Assembly: GCA_017444665.1 (NCBI GenBank)
Contig: JAFSWC010000066.1
Span: 530-64,529, forward strand
Reading direction: 5' to 3'
Length of the DNA stretch: 64,000 bases
Origin: Oscillospiraceae bacterium
GTDB taxonomy: Bacteria > Bacillota > Clostridia > Oscillospirales > Oscillospiraceae
Part shown: positions 62,201-64,000 of the stretch, piece after piece
Layout: every line of letters begins with the position of its first letter
Numbering within the stretch: position 1 is the first letter of the stretch
Translations under genes and position numbers: made by a program
The notes under the pieces: model-generated
The model's database searches: none
Told to the model about the DNA's origin: nothing
Seen by the model: only the letters and a program-made list of their open reading frames with translations

Positions 62201-63538
62201 ATGAACGATCTTGGCAGAAAAGAAATCGATTTATGGAAGCTCTTGAAATATCTAATAAAAAAGCTTCCTGTGTTTTTATTTGCTGCATTAATCGCTGCGG
62301 GAGCAGCCTTTCTTCTGTTCAAAAAGCCTGCCTCGACGACGTACACGATGAAGGTTTCTTTCTTTGTTCAGCCGAGCTATGTTTATACCGAACCGAAAAC
62401 CGGCTCAGCTGAAAATGATATTGCTTCGGACAATGCGGTAACGACCAGCGTTTCTTCCCTTGAAACGTACACATATGTCGCCTCTTCGCCGGCAATGCTG
62501 GAAGCCGTCATTAACCGCGCAGGGCTTCCCTATTCGGTTTCAGACCTGGGGAAGATGGTTTCTGTTGAAGCTAGGAATGTTAAGGCTTATGCCTTTAGTG
62601 TAACCATCAAAAGCCGCAGTAAAGATGACTGTGCGCGTATCGCCGAGGCCTATGCAGATTATCTGCCCGAGGAATTATCGGAGATGACGTCATGCGTCCT
62701 TCCGCTTGTGCTGGATCGCGGAACCCTTAGCGCACGTCATTCCAGCGGTGCCTCTGTTCAGGGGATGCTGCTCGCCGCCTTCGCAGCCATATTTGTTTTG
62801 CTTTGTCTTTACACGAAACGATATGCCGATGACGAGGCAAAAGGTAATATAGCCCTCCTAAAGGAAGAGCTTCCTGCGCTTATAAAAGAAGAAAAGCCTG
62901 TTACCTTGTTTCACACAGCCGAAAACGAAGAAGACCTAAAGCGGCTCCGTGCTACACTGCGTCTTGCTGCTTCCGGCAAAAGCTCCTGCCCTGTCATCGG
63001 GCTGACCGGTGCAAAAGCCGATTCGGAAAAAGAAACAATTGCATTTCGTCTTGCTGGTTCTTTTGCTGAGTTAGGTGATCGTGTCCTTCTAATTGATGCC
63101 AATCTGCATGATCCGTGTCTGCACATTTCTGCCGGCAGTGAGAAATCGCCCGGTTTATGTGACGCCTTACGAAAAAAAGCCGCAGTTTCCGACCTGGTGA
63201 AAAAAATCGTAATCGACGACTGCAGCTTCTCCTTCCTTCCGGCCGGAGATGATGCCGGCGAGGCCTCTGAGCTTTTGGATGAAAGGCGTTTGCTGCCGAT
63301 CCTTCAGAAACTTCAGCAAGAAAATGATCTGATTCTTCTCAATCTTGAACCCGTTGGCGAGCGTGTTGATACTGCTCCGATTTGCCGAGCCATTGATGGA
63401 TCTGTCGTCTTTTTGCGCGAGAGGAAATGCACGAGATATGAATTTAAGCGCTGCATCGGTGAATTGAGCTTTGCCGCTGCAAACATTTTCTGTTATGCAG
63501 TTCTTCTTCCGTCAAAACCTTTCAGGGAAAAAACTTAA
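62201..63538 (+). CDS. fused Wzz-like chain-length-determinant / BY-kinase-like protein with degenerate ATPase motifs
   Basis: 445 aa. N-terminal Wzz motif IDLWKLLKYLIKK plus TM1, an extracellular helical region and TM2. The C-terminal CpsD-like domain reads VIGLTGAKADSEKET (Walker A position), LLIDANLH (A') and LILLNLEP (B). There is no C-terminal Tyr cluster. Confidence 0.75.
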   Translation: MNDLGRKEIDLWKLLKYLIKKLPVFLFAALIAAGAAFLLFKKPASTTYTMKVSFFVQPSYVYTEPKTGSAENDIASDNAVTTSVSSLETYTYVASSPAMLEAVINRAGLPYSVSDLGKMVSVEARNVKAYAFSVTIKSRSKDDCARIAEAYADYLPEELSEMTSCVLPLVLDRGTLSARHSSGASVQGMLLAAFAAIFVLLCLYTKRYADDEAKGNIALLKEELPALIKEEKPVTLFHTAENEEDLKRLRATLRLAASGKSSCPVIGLTGAKADSEKETIAFRLAGSFAELGDRVLLIDANLHDPCLHISAGSEKSPGLCDALRKKAAVSDLVKKIVIDDCSFSFLPAGDDAGEASELLDERRLLPILQKLQQENDLILLNLEPVGERVDTAPICRAIDGSVVFLRERKCTRYEFKRCIGELSFAAANIFCYAVLLPSKPFREKT

Positions 63539-63549
63539 TATTCCAGATT

Positions 63550-63591
63550 AAAAAACCGCAATTGATGTTTATCATCAATTGCGGTTTTTTT
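63550..63591. terminator. bidirectional terminator
   Basis: AAAAAACCGCAATTGATG TTTA TCATCAATTGCGGTTTTTTT. Confidence 0.88.
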
Positions 63592-63595
63592 GTAG

Positions 63596-64000
63596 TTAAA
63601 AGAGCTCCACCGTGGCAATCCGGGGCTCAAAGCAGCAGGAAGGCCGCACGCAGACAATGCGCACGCCGCTTGCACGCTGGGGGCCGACCTTCAAAAACGT
63701 TGCCAAAACGCTCGTGCTGCCGTGCAGCCCCAGCGGTCCGATATTTGCCTCGTTCACGCGTCGGGTGATCTCCGTCTCCATCTCGCTTTGCTCATCATAT
63801 TTTCCGTCGGCCTGCGCCTGAAGCATCATGGCCGCAGCCTCAAAATGAGACCTTCCGATCCCGACGGCAAGAGTGCAGGGAGAGCAGCCCAGCTGGGCCA
63901 CGGCTTCTGTTGCCCACAAGACGATCTCATCCGCTACGACCTGTGCATTGTGCTTGTGGAACACCCGATAGGTCTTTGCCCGAATGGCTGGGCCGCCACC
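63596..64000 (-). CDS. Fe-S hydro-lyase alpha subunit (class I fumarate hydratase / tartrate dehydratase type), 3' part only
   Basis: The reading frame stays open to the window end; the track Met at 63964 is a GTG inside the gene. ...CTLAVGIGRSHFEAA...IGPLGLHGSTSVLATFLKVGPQRASGVRIVCVRPSCCFEPR resembles the C-terminal half of Fe-S fumarase alpha subunits. Confidence 0.6.
   Translation of the reverse strand, partial: GGGPAIRAKTYRVFHKHNAQVVADEIVLWATEAVAQLGCSPCTLAVGIGRSHFEAAAMMLQAQADGKYDEQSEMETEITRRVNEANIGPLGLHGSTSVLATFLKVGPQRASGVRIVCVRPSCCFEPRIATVELF

Overview
All protein and RNA family names below come from reading motifs in the supplied translations and sequence. No database search was run.

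The window looks like a core chromosomal segment of a moderately GC-rich, spore-forming Firmicute of the Clostridia type. Supporting markers are a spoIIAA-spoIIAB-sigF operon, RNase J, ComEC, RuvC and GlnRS, and two T-box leaders. Most genes lie on the minus strand and are housekeeping:
- ruvCAB, xerD, yajC-tgt-queA, dapA, dinB, secG, rnj, recR, rpe
- rnmV-holA-comEC, alaS, mltG, tmk, prfC, pcrA, valS, trxA, glnS

I annotate about 65 CDS, one tRNA-Arg(CCT), two T-box riboswitch leaders (alaS, and a ycxB-like gene plus valS), several sigma-A-type promoters and many rho-independent terminators.

I found no CRISPR array, transposase, phage genes, toxin-antitoxin pair, recognisable defence island or canonical biosynthetic cluster, so I cannot point to a clear novel multi-gene system. 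The observations I consider most worth following up are:
1. A 50-codon Cys/Gly-repeat single-helix micro-protein gene built from slip-prone GGCTGCGGYTGC repeats (40205-40357).
2. A 902-aa multi-cluster Fe-S flavoprotein translationally coupled (TAATG) to an orphan HypA-type metallochaperone (23710-26762).
3. An orphan fused Wzz/BY-kinase-like protein whose Walker A, A' and B motifs are degenerate and which lacks a Tyr cluster (62201-63538).
4. A thioredoxin-reductase-like flavoprotein next to trxA that lacks the NADPH-binding motifs.
5. An amylosucrase-like GH13 enzyme with a 191-aa C-terminal extension resembling a truncated HAD-IIB domain.
6. A visibly AT-rich 1.4-kb islet carrying an acyltransferase-3 gene, bracketed by an 11-bp direct repeat.
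7. Several operator-like repeats in promoters.

The very long ORFs of 480-940 aa on the opposite strand of valS, prfC, glnS, alaS, the flavoprotein and the amylosucrase are codon-aligned antisense shadows. I rejected them.
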